From an uncultured Hormoscilla sp. (GTDB lineage: Bacteria > Cyanobacteriota > Cyanobacteriia > Cyanobacteriales > Desertifilaceae), in NCBI GenBank assembly GCA_963921275.4, contig OZ001293.3, positions 32,001-96,000 on the forward strand: DNA of 64,000 bases, read 5' to 3'. The number at the start of each line of letters is the position of its first letter. Position 1 is the first letter of the stretch. Below the pieces are notes generated by a model. That model was not told the origin of the DNA, made no database searches, and saw only the letters and a list, made by a program, of their open reading frames with translations. Positions 34,989-44,775 of this stretch are shown one piece after another. The translations under genes and the position numbers were made by a program.

Positions 34989-35321
34989 GAAAATCTACTA
35001 TATCTAAAGATTGTAATTCATAATTCTCGCCGGGCGACAAAGCTTGAGGGAGTAGTGATAAACATGTAGTGATTCGATGCTTGCCCTGGTCTGTCCCAAT
35101 ACCTCTCGATATGCTGCGTTTTTCTTCCATTCGGGAGGCCAAAGGCTTGAAATCCCGTTATTTTACTCGTCTTTGGGGGCAAAACCATTCCAAGTATTGT
35201 AGCCCTCCTGGGTTTCAATCTCTAATATCACTACTTGTACCCTCAATCTTCGGCAGACCGTCTATCATAATTGAGTATGACCCACTACCCCCCAGCTTTT
35301 GACCATGAATATTGTTCCAAA

Positions 35322-36809
35322 TCAGCCGCCGATCAATGCTTCGACAAACTCATAGCTGGAAAATGGTCGCAAATCTTCTATCCCTTCTCCAGCGCCAATA
35401 AAGCGAATAGGTAAACCCAATTGTTCTGCTACCGCCAGAGCCACGCCGCCTTTAGCTGTTCCATCCAGCTTCGTTAACACCACACCACTCAGGGACGCCA
35501 CCTCACGGAATATCTCAGCTTGCCGCAGACCATTCTGACCTAGGGTAGCATCCAAAACTAGCAAGGATTCCACCCGGGCGTCGGGGGCTTTTTTATCGAT
35601 AATGCGGCGAATTTTCCTCAGTTCCTCCATCAGATTTTGCTTGTTTTGCAATCGTCCCGCCGTGTCTATCAGCAGCAGTTCCGTATTCCGGGCTTGGGCC
35701 GCAGCGATCGCATCGAACACCACAGCTGCCGGGTCAGTATTTTGGCCCTGGTTAGCAATCACCTCAGTCCCACTGCGGGTGCCCCAAACCTTTATCTGTT
35801 CTACTGCTGCTGCCCGGAAAGTATCTGCCGCGCCAATTAAGCAGCGATAGTCTGACGTTTGAGCCAAGTGAGCTATCTTGCCAATCGTAGTTGTTTTACC
35901 CACACCATTGACCCCAGTCACTAGCCAAATATTCAGAGTATCTTTTTCCGGGGCGAAGTTTTTGTCATACCCCTTACCACCGGGATTGTCAAGTATATCC
36001 CGCAGCACTTGCTTCATATAGGCGATCGCCGCCTCTGGTGGTAGCGTCTTCTCTCTCAGCTTAGCCTGAAGTCTGTCAATAATCCGATCGCATACCTGCA
36101 CCCCCACATCAGCAGACAGCAGTAGGGCCTCTATTTCCGTCACCGCATCTTGATTCAGCGGTCCTTGACCGACAATTGCCTTCAGTTGGTTGATCAAACC
36201 CCGACGGGTTTTACCTAAACCTTGCCGCAGTCGTTTCAGCCAGGTTATTTCCTCCACAGAAACTCGATCGGGACGACGCCCTTGGGCTTTTAGCACTTCC
36301 GCTGACCACACAAAGCCTTCATCAAACGCAATTTCTACGGCAGAATCGTCAGGTGTCTGCTCAGACAATACCGGTTCTGGTTCTGGTTCTGATTCTGCTT
36401 CTACGATCGCCCGTTCTTTAAGTTCTTCCAAGCGTCCTAGACGTTCGGACTTAGCCCGTTCTAGGAAAGATTTTGGCTTCTTACTCTCATTATCTATCTC
36501 TCTTGGCGCTTCCAATTCCGTAGCCACCGCCGATGTTTCCATCTGTTCAGCAGTTTTTGAGGGTTCGGACGACGTCGCTAATGCTGATGAATCCGTCTTA
36601 GCTTGCTGAATATGCTCATATGCTGCCTTTGCCCAATTCAAGTCATCTGCTGCGGCCTCCGACTCTCCGTCTGCACTCCCTTGCGACTCTGATTCTGGCG
36701 ATGTAGTCTGAGTTTCTTCCGTTTCCGATACCTCTGGCTGTTTTACCTTGGACTCTTCGGGAGATTTCTCAGAACCCTTAAACTGGCGGCGAAACCAATT
36801 AAATACCAT
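35322..36809 (-). CDS. ftsY: SRP receptor FtsY
   Basis: Acidic N-terminus; GVNGVGKTTT, DTAGRL and TKLDGTAKGG. Confidence 0.96.
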   Translation of the reverse strand: MVFNWFRRQFKGSEKSPEESKVKQPEVSETEETQTTSPESESQGSADGESEAAADDLNWAKAAYEHIQQAKTDSSALATSSEPSKTAEQMETSAVATELEAPREIDNESKKPKSFLERAKSERLGRLEELKERAIVEAESEPEPEPVLSEQTPDDSAVEIAFDEGFVWSAEVLKAQGRRPDRVSVEEITWLKRLRQGLGKTRRGLINQLKAIVGQGPLNQDAVTEIEALLLSADVGVQVCDRIIDRLQAKLREKTLPPEAAIAYMKQVLRDILDNPGGKGYDKNFAPEKDTLNIWLVTGVNGVGKTTTIGKIAHLAQTSDYRCLIGAADTFRAAAVEQIKVWGTRSGTEVIANQGQNTDPAAVVFDAIAAAQARNTELLLIDTAGRLQNKQNLMEELRKIRRIIDKKAPDARVESLLVLDATLGQNGLRQAEIFREVASLSGVVLTKLDGTAKGGVALAVAEQLGLPIRFIGAGEGIEDLRPFSSYEFVEALIGG

Positions 36810-36894
36810 TGCAACTATTGTCCTTTTTCAGTTGTAATTTCGTCTCCCGGGCGTCTCGCCCGTTTTTCAATTTTCTTTTCTCAATTTTCCCTTC

Positions 36895-37539
36895 TCAATT
36901 TTCCCTTCTCATCTGACTTGATTCTTCTGCGAGCAGGTTGAGCACCCGACGCAGTACGCCATTGATAAATCTGTACTCCTCTTCATTTCCGTAGCGCTTA
37001 GCTAACTCTACTGCCTCATTGATTGCCACCCTTTCATCTACACCTATAGCCCACATTTCCACCACTGCTATCCGCAGTATATCCTGGTCTATCTTGGCGA
37101 GGCGATCTAGTTGCCAATTCACCAAAGCTTGAGAGAGGATTCGATCCACCTCCGTTCTTTTGGACTTCACCAGATCGATTATCTCTAGGGCGTAGTCTTG
37201 GACTTCTTTGAGATTGCTAGACTGATACACTATTTCTGGGAAATCTATTGTACTACCCAGGCGGTTGATCGCCGTGCTAGTTAGCTCTATGGCTTCTTTT
37301 ACCATTGCTTTCGCACTGGCCAGATTTGGGGCGATTGTTTCGCTGTCCAGTAAGCGATCGCTCCCCCGTTGCAGTTCTGCAGCAGCCATTTCTAGTGCTG
37401 AGGATGCTTCATTTGACAGAGTCCGCACAGCTGCCAACATCATATCCTGCAACTGTTGGGCTGACAGTTTTTCTGTCTTTCTTGGCATTTGGGACAGACT
37501 CAGAAGAGCCAGTTCACGAGCTATTTGGCGGGGTTGCAT
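36895..37539 (-). CDS. nusB: Transcription antitermination factor NusB
   Basis: WQLDRL..D..ILR, VAINEAVELAKRY and FINGVL. Confidence 0.95.
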   Translation of the reverse strand: MQPRQIARELALLSLSQMPRKTEKLSAQQLQDMMLAAVRTLSNEASSALEMAAAELQRGSDRLLDSETIAPNLASAKAMVKEAIELTSTAINRLGSTIDFPEIVYQSSNLKEVQDYALEIIDLVKSKRTEVDRILSQALVNWQLDRLAKIDQDILRIAVVEMWAIGVDERVAINEAVELAKRYGNEEEYRFINGVLRRVLNLLAEESSQMRREN

Positions 37540-37647
37540 GGCTTATTCACGCTAATTTAATCTTCAGGATATTTTAAAAAAATTTTTCGGCTATTTATAA
37601 TTTCTCATGCTATTCACCTTTAACAATCTACCCAAAACCCACTACCC

Positions 37648-38379
37648 TTATAGTTCCTTTTCTTCTACCTGTAATAGCCCTAATGGCTGTTTTTCTCGCA
37701 GCGCCAGTTCTATTTGACGATCTTTTGTGGCTAGTTCTGGCAAAGGTACTGAACTATCGGGGCTAACCAGGCCACCTGATATTAACACCTTAAAGGCATC
37801 TTCAATACTAATTGATAGTTCGATCGTCTCATCTTCTGAAACGATCGCATACCAGCCCGTAGTGGGGTTAGGGGTAGTAGGAACAAAAATGCTCAGCATT
37901 TTCTCAGATAAGTGAGATTTAAACTCACCGCTGATTGTGCCAGTAACAAAGGCGATCGCCCACATACCTTTGCGGGGGTATTCTACCAGCACCACGCCGC
38001 GAAACTTATTCTTGGAGTCCTGCAGCAGAGTTTCTAGCAGCTGTTTGAGAGTTTTGTACACTGAACCCGCTAACGGGATTCCCTGCAAAATGCGCTCCCC
38101 TAAATCCAGCAGCCATCGGCCCACAATATTGCGTGCCATCAAGCCAATCAGCAAAATACTCAGCAGGGGAACAGCCAGCCCCACCAGTAAGTTTAACAAA
38201 TTTACCAGGAGCGGATGCAGATCGTCAAAGGGATTAAGCTGTTTGGGAAGAAGAGTGAGAAAATTTATCACCCAGCTAGCGATCGTAATCGTCAGCCAGA
38301 TTGTCGTAGCTAGGGGAATCACCACCAGCAGACCAGCAATCAGATCGTTTTTTAAGTTCTGCTTGAAATTTTTGAGCAC
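37648..38379 (-). CDS. DUF502 membrane protein
   Basis: LIAGLLVVIPL, VEYPRKG and FVPTTPNPTTG. Confidence 0.9.
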   Translation of the reverse strand: MLKNFKQNLKNDLIAGLLVVIPLATTIWLTITIASWVINFLTLLPKQLNPFDDLHPLLVNLLNLLVGLAVPLLSILLIGLMARNIVGRWLLDLGERILQGIPLAGSVYKTLKQLLETLLQDSKNKFRGVVLVEYPRKGMWAIAFVTGTISGEFKSHLSEKMLSIFVPTTPNPTTGWYAIVSEDETIELSISIEDAFKVLISGGLVSPDSSVPLPELATKDRQIELALREKQPLGLLQVEEKEL

Positions 38380-38823
38380 AAGTACTTTTACTCTTCTGAT
38401 AAATGCATTTTTTCCTCCTGCGTCTCCCGAGAGCGCCGCACATGCTCCCGGAGACGCAGGACGTCCATTGTCACGACAGCTTTTTGCACCACCTGGTGAG
38501 TAAGGGGAGCAAAGCTTCCAGGGGATCGCTGTCAGTAGGTTGTCAGTTCACCAGTCACCAGTCATCAGCGGATGTCTACCGTTCCGGAAAAATCGGGACT
38601 TGCTGCGAACGCTTTTGCTCCCGCAGACATCCCCACCAGTCCCCAGTCCCCTTATTAAAGATTGTAAACAATTATTTCAAATCTTAACTCACCGATCGAT
38701 CCCCGCCTCTTGACGATCCCAGGTTATCAACTATCTTAAAACAATTGCGATCGCCAAACAATACTGACAGGCGTCTCGCCCGGACACTGACAGGCGTCTC
38801 ACCCGGACTAAGTCACTGACCAG

Positions 38824-40592
38824 TCAATCTATGTCTAATTTGGGAGGTGGTATGTGCTTCATCTCCCAAACTTTGAGGACGATGAGATATTCGTAAAAGG
38901 TTTGCAAAGTACACCAGGCCAGACCTGGAGACCCATTCAGCCAGCCGCCTAACAGAAAATACATATAAACAAAGCGTACTATTGGTCTGAAGGGTAAACG
39001 CGGGGACAGGTCTTTGAGGGCGTGACGTCTTTCCACTCCCGACTTGCCGCCAAACAAGTCTCGCCAATTAATTTTGCCTGCGGACATCTGACGCAGGGTT
39101 TCAGCAGCTTCATCGGTGGAGTAGCGGTTGTGCTTTTCCACCCATCGGCTCAATCCTTTGCTACAGGTGTAGTGGGGATAGGTTTCTTTGATAAAGCCTG
39201 TCGGTCCGTCACATTCTTCCCGTTCCGTATGACCGTAGTCCCTATACCAAACAAAGCCGACTCGCAGCTGGTAACGGGGATACTGGGTGCTGTGCGAATC
39301 CACCGATTCATAAATATCACCCGTTCAGCGACGTAGTAGCCCACAAAGTCCGATGTTTTCGTCGCCTCCACACATTCAGCAAACAACTCCGCTGTCATCC
39401 GTTCATCTGCTTCTAGGATATAAACCCATTCATGTTTAGCCGGGACTTCCTTTAGCATCCAGGTGCGCTGACGTCCGTGACTTTCAAAGGCGTGCGGTCG
39501 GGGTCGAGCTGTCCCTCGCGGGACAATCCTCCCATTCGGAACCTGAAGAGCGACTTTCACCGCACACGGCTACTGGTTGGTAAACCCTTGTCACGGGTAG
39601 GATTACTAGGGATTACTCCCGTTGTCCCTTGCCCTATGAAATATAGCCCCTTTATGGTCAGTCATGAACTAGTTGAGTACCTAACTCCGGAAGGTTTACG
39701 GGGGGGAACTAGAAAACCACTATGACCGTTCTTTACTAACAGGTGCCCGTATGGGGCCTCTAAATTTTTACCCGGTTAGGATTTAAGTCCATCATTACTA
39801 CCTAGTGTTGCCACTGGTTAAGCACGTTTAGAGGGCTACTATCTCCTAGAGCTTTTTACCATATCCGTCCTACGTCTGCATATCCACAGGCATTACCCCG
39901 GGCATTAGCTTCTTAGGACCTCCCTCCCCACGCGGGCATGCGCTAGGCGCTGCGTGCACGCTACGCGGACGCACATCTGACTTGTCCATCTGGACAGCAC
40001 CGCTCTTGTCCGGAACGTTCCCTGGTATCATTTCACGAGGCTTTTAGGTCTCCCCTATACACCGGCAGTCATTTCGGGTACGATATCAGTGACGTGCAAC
40101 CACTGATACGCGGACTGCGTGCGCATTTTGCACCAAGCGTGTCAGCCTCTTTTCGCTTGTTTAAGATGACGATGCTTACAGGGATTCGCTTGCTCTAACC
40201 ATGAGCCTCTTTCCGATCGCGCAGCGTGGCGCAGCCATGCGGCGTCGGTCTCTGGGCTGAGACCTTATCCTACATTTGTCCTCGGGAGGCACCACGGTAA
40301 TGTTACTCCGCAGCACCTCACGCGGTCACCCCCGTACCTGGGGGAAGGGGAATTGAACCCCCATGATGACCAGAGTTGCTGGTATTAACCAGCCCGGCGA
40401 TCGCCATATTTCAGACTTACGCCAAAACGATTCGCACTGCACGATCTTTACTGGATAGCGCTGAGCAATCTCGATGGTGCGATCGCTACTTAATGAGTCC
40501 ACCACAACCACATCATCAGATAGTAACGCTGATTCAATACAAGCGGCTATATCAATTTCTTCGTTATAGGTGAGGATATAAATCGAGAACAT
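38824..40592 (-). pseudogene. GT2 glycosyltransferase split by a sense group II intron, also frameshifted near 39293
   Basis: MFSIYILTYNEE..YPVKIVQ|HAFESHGRQRTW..EADE after removing 39496-40437. Confidence 0.85.
39496..40437 (-). ncRNA. ORF-less group II intron, family B (942 nt), with a degenerate D5
   Basis: 5' GTGCGAATCGTT; EBS1 TGCACG is perfectly complementary to the exon end CGTGCA; shares blocks with family A; ends ACCCCGACC. Confidence 0.92.
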
Positions 40593-40766
40593 TCCAACTA
40601 GGTGTGAATATATTATGCTTGCTTGATTGGCAGAATGACAATTTTTAATTGACAATTTTTAATTGACAACTTCCTGACGTCCTGTCCGGAGCAACTGATT
40701 ATTTCCTATCTCTCTCAACCAGACACTTGAGGGGGATAGGAAAATTTTATGCTTCGATTCTGCTAT

Positions 40767-41583
40767 TTAAAGCCCAGCCGCTTTCCGACGCCTTTTTCTC
40801 GCACCGCCCATGCCACCGGCTAATCCCGTCCAGCCAATCCCCAAGTAGCCGATCGCTAATAGCCCACTACTGAACGATCGGGCGATTGACTTGACTGCTC
40901 TTTCCTGGGTCTGCTTTTGAGCTTCCTGCTTGCGTTCGCGAATCCGTTGCAAAGCCTGAGTCGGTATATTTCTGGCTTGTCGATCCACATATTCATCCAG
41001 GGAGTTGCGATCTTCCTTAAAGCCTCTTAATAAATCCGCCTGTTCTTCCGGCGCTTGGGACACCACTCGATCGAAATCCTCCGGACTATTTATCAGTTGC
41101 TCGATCTGACTTTTGAACTGATTTTGCCGCTGTTGAAGTCCAGCTTCAAACTGGGGACTTTCCAGCCTGGTTTTTGCCCGACTCGCCTGCTCCTCGATCG
41201 TGCGTATGGCCTGGTTGCGGCTGCGAATTGTATCAGCAGCGTGGATCGGCGCTATCAGTAAAAATACTACTCCCAATACTGCCGCCAGGATTACTGACCC
41301 CGTTTTTAACAGGTTTTGTACTGGACTGTCCAATCCTGATTCTGTAGCCATGCTGGAGATCCAAAGACCAGCCAGGACAAAGGCCAGACCCACTAGCGGA
41401 ATCACCCCCCGTGCAATCGATCACCTGGCTTGTGAAGCCTAGTCGCCACGACGCCTCGGTCACATCGGGGGGAAATAGTAGAGTCAGGGCGTCCAGCGCA
41501 AATGACACAATCATGATCGTGCCCACCAGTTGCAGCGATCGGGCTGCTAGGGGCGAAAGGAGACTGCTATTAGTTGCTCTCAT
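40767..41583 (-). pseudogene. HpsJ-like membrane protein, frameshifted near 41413
   Basis: Two overlapping ORFs form one TM plus coiled-coil protein (..QVID/RGVIPLVG..). Confidence 0.7.
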
Positions 41584-42013
41584 GATCTTTTGGTTCTCTG
41601 AATTGGTTGTTCATTCACCTATATCATCTTATCATTCCCAGTTTTCATGCTTTCTAGATCCACATCAATATCGATCGCCATTCTCTGTTTTCCCTATTTA
41701 TTAATTTCTTGATTTTTCTTTTCCCCTGCATTATACTTCCACTTTTTCTTTCTATTTTATCTCTGTAATTCAACTTTTCATTTATACTCTCACTCTCCAA
41801 GTTAGCTTTCAATGATTATTAAGTTATGTTATAATCAGGCCAAAATTCATTATGAGTTAAATGCACAGCCGCTGAGAACAACAATAAAGCAGAAGAGATA
41901 TTTTCAGTTTTTTTACTCAACATTCGGGTGACTCTAGGGACAAGAGCTACTACTAATGTCAGTTTATTTGTCAGCAACAGCCGCTCATTTGCCTATGCCA
42001 GACTTTTCCCCTT

Positions 42014-42715
42014 TTACTTGCTCTGATACCAGCGGCGGATGCGATCGGGGGAAACTCCCAGGAAATAGGCTATGATTGCCAGTTGATTGATCCAGGTTGT
42101 TTTCAGGATACCCAGTTTTTGCCAGCGGCGGGCTGATGTAATCACAGCGGCGGGGGCGATCGCGATCGTCCCCAGGCGCTGCAGACGCCGGATCGATGCC
42201 ACATCCTCCATGATGGGCAAGTTCGGGAAACCACCAATGTCATGGAAGACGGTAGCTGGCATAAATATCCCCTGGTCCCCATAGGGGAGGCCAAAAAGAC
42301 GCGATCGCCAATTGACCCCCATTTCCACCAGTCTTATACCCGCCAGATCGCCATCAATCTGCAACCGAAATGCACCGGCTACAACATGATGCTTCCTCAA
42401 ACAGTCCCTAACTATGGTGTCAAAACCGACGGGTAAGCGAGTATCGGCATGCAGAAATAGCAGAATTGCACCCTTTGCCACAGATGCACCAGCGTTCATT
42501 TGACTTGCTCTACCGGTAGCCGCAGAAATCACCTTCACAGAGGTGGAATAAAATTTCTCTACCAAATTAACTGTAGCATCAACAGAACCACCATCCACCA
42601 CGATCGCCTCTACATCTTTGGCCTCGCCAATAGATGCCAGGGTGGGCAAGATGTGGTCTGCTTCATTCAGTACGGGGATGATGATGGATATTATGAGGCT
42701 AGACTCATCGGTCAT
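42014..42715 (-). CDS. GT2 glycosyltransferase (TIGR04283-like)
   Basis: IIIPVLNEA, GRASQMNAGA, FLHADT, PYGDQG and TSARRW. Confidence 0.9.
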   Translation of the reverse strand: MTDESSLIISIIIPVLNEADHILPTLASIGEAKDVEAIVVDGGSVDATVNLVEKFYSTSVKVISAATGRASQMNAGASVAKGAILLFLHADTRLPVGFDTIVRDCLRKHHVVAGAFRLQIDGDLAGIRLVEMGVNWRSRLFGLPYGDQGIFMPATVFHDIGGFPNLPIMEDVASIRRLQRLGTIAIAPAAVITSARRWQKLGILKTTWINQLAIIAYFLGVSPDRIRRWYQSK

Positions 42716-43380
42716 AGTTCGGTGGGGAGGGACGACAAATCGGAGGGACGATCGATATCGGCCAGGACTGGCAGTTGACAGAGTGAGAGGTTGAGTCTTT
42801 GGGCCTGGGCCAATGTTTGTGCCAATACCCGTGAGGTGCCCCAGTCGATGCCAGTAAATAATTCTGGGACCATACGCCCTAGACCAATTAGATAATAGCC
42901 ACCGTCAGCTGCTGGTCCGAGCACTAAGTCAGTCGAGTGCAGCTGCTCAAATGCGTATAATAGCAACTTGGCGTCGATGCCGGGGCAATCTGTGCCAATA
43001 ATCGCCACCCGCTCGCTGCCAGCACCGAAAGCCCGATCGAACGCCTGTGCCATCCGGGCACCCAGGTCGCCATTCCCCTGCTGGTGATAAACTAGATCGT
43101 CCCCCAACCACTCTTGCATGAGGGCTTCTGTCGCCCCTGTAAAGTATACTTCCAGCGTTGGGTCGAGGTACGAGACCCAACCTACCAGTGATTTTGCCTG
43201 ACGAAGGGTTCGTTCGGCAAGCTGGCGGTGCAGGTTAGCAGCACCCTCTTTACCTAAAGCACCGATGAGTCTTGTTTTGGTTTTTCCTGGTTCTGGATAG
43301 CGAGTAAAAACTATCAGGCGTTGTAATGATTTGCTCCCAGGGCTTTGGGACTTGATACTTTCCATAGCTTCACAGCCCAA
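42712..43380 (-). CDS. DUF2064/TIGR04282-like glycosyltransferase
   Basis: PEPGKTKTRL, GDLGARM, IGTDCP and GPAADGGYYLIG. Confidence 0.9.
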   Translation of the reverse strand: MGCEAMESIKSQSPGSKSLQRLIVFTRYPEPGKTKTRLIGALGKEGAANLHRQLAERTLRQAKSLVGWVSYLDPTLEVYFTGATEALMQEWLGDDLVYHQQGNGDLGARMAQAFDRAFGAGSERVAIIGTDCPGIDAKLLLYAFEQLHSTDLVLGPAADGGYYLIGLGRMVPELFTGIDWGTSRVLAQTLAQAQRLNLSLCQLPVLADIDRPSDLSSLPTEL

Positions 43381-43956
43381 AAATCTGCCTCTAGTATCAC
43401 TTTACATATATAGATCTAGTATTATCACGCATGTCAAGTAGCGTATTGCCTGGTAATATACTTCCTGGGGATAGAGCCACGATGGTATGATATAATATCA
43501 GCAAGATTTGAATGGAGAAAAAGAAAGTGCATGCTACCCAACCAGTTGAGAGCCAAATCAGGATCGCCGAACAGAATGACTACTTGGTCGAACGCATCGG
43601 TGGCTATTTACCTGTCCTAGAAGTTCCTTTAGATTATCCCAGATCGCCTGCGTCAACCCATTTCCGGGCCACAGAAGCTATTGAAATAGATCGCAAGCTA
43701 TGTTTAGAACTAGAAAAATTTCTGCGTACAATTCGGGAAAAATCGGAAAAAGTGACCGCGTTCGCGGTCATACTTGCAGCATTTAAGGTTGTTTAAGCGC
43801 AGCGGCCGACAATCAGGCAGATTGGTTTTAACCATGGAGGGCCGTATACTTGTGGTAGTAGCAGCCTGGTTGGACAATAGAAGTCAGCAAACCAGGGGAG
43901 CTAGAGTAACCAGCCAGACTATGGTACAATATCAGCTCTCTCTCAGGAGTACAACA

Positions 43957-44693
43957 ATGAACATTATTATCAAAGCCGCTGCCATCCTCTACGTGATGTT
44001 TCCTTTCCAAGCAGCCCTTGCGAGGTGGGATGTGATCACGAAAAAGGACGAGATGACGGGTGATATCTCGTCCTATGCATCCTCAGACAGCGTTGGCAGC
44101 ACAAGGCCGATGGGCTTCCCATATACAGGAATAAAGAGCCAGTTAGTCTTCGGTTGCGACACCAAATGAATGGGCGTACATCTTCTTTGACCATGGACCA
44201 AACCTTATCAACGATGACTTTGAAGGTGGGTACCTACATTCCGCACGACAAATGTAGTACGTAATGATTACAAATATGTTGTGATGAAAGCGAACATAAA
44301 AGCTCATATCCGTATAAATAAATATACGTCATGTTTGCTAAATTGTCAGATATAGTACGTATTACAAAAAGTCGTGCAATTGTAATCTGATCGATAAATT
44401 ACTTATTACAAGATATGTTACAACTTGTCGTGCGGAAAGTGGGTGGGTACAGTGTCTCAGAAAACCGGATCAAGTTTGATGATGAAATCATGACGATGAG
44501 AATGATCCAGCAGTCCGGCAATGATAATTTCTTGCATTTCTCCGGCCGGGAGGAGGTTGAGGTTATCAGCCGGTTCATGATCCATACAACGGTCAAGCTG
44601 GAGCTTGCCTGGTTCGGTGAGGGAAAAGTTTACTTCGAGTACTCGCTGGAAGGCTCAAGTGATGCGATTAGACGAGCAAGAGAGATATGCTGA
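43957..44693 (+). pseudogene. Foreign-looking secreted hypothetical protein, frameshifted and MITE-interrupted
   Basis: AGGAG RBS, signal peptide, WDVITKKDEMTG..FGCD / EWAYIFF..GGY|SVSENRIKFDD..FEYSLEGS. Confidence 0.7.
44234..44442. mobile_element. AT-rich MITE, 209 bp, with 8-bp TSD GTGGGTAC
   Basis: TIRs CTACATTCCGCACGACAA / CCACTTTCCGCACGACAA; removal restores the host frame. Confidence 0.85.
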
Positions 44694-44775
44694 CAGTAGA
44701 AACGTGGCCTTGGAGCTTGTCGGTTCGGCTCATAGGGCTTAGGAGATGGTATGATATAATATCGGCAAGATTTGA

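Noticed and set aside
35602..38503. Long plus-strand ORFs opposite ftsY, nusB and DUF502 (and similar shadows elsewhere)
   Set aside because: These are antisense shadow frames of well-supported genes.
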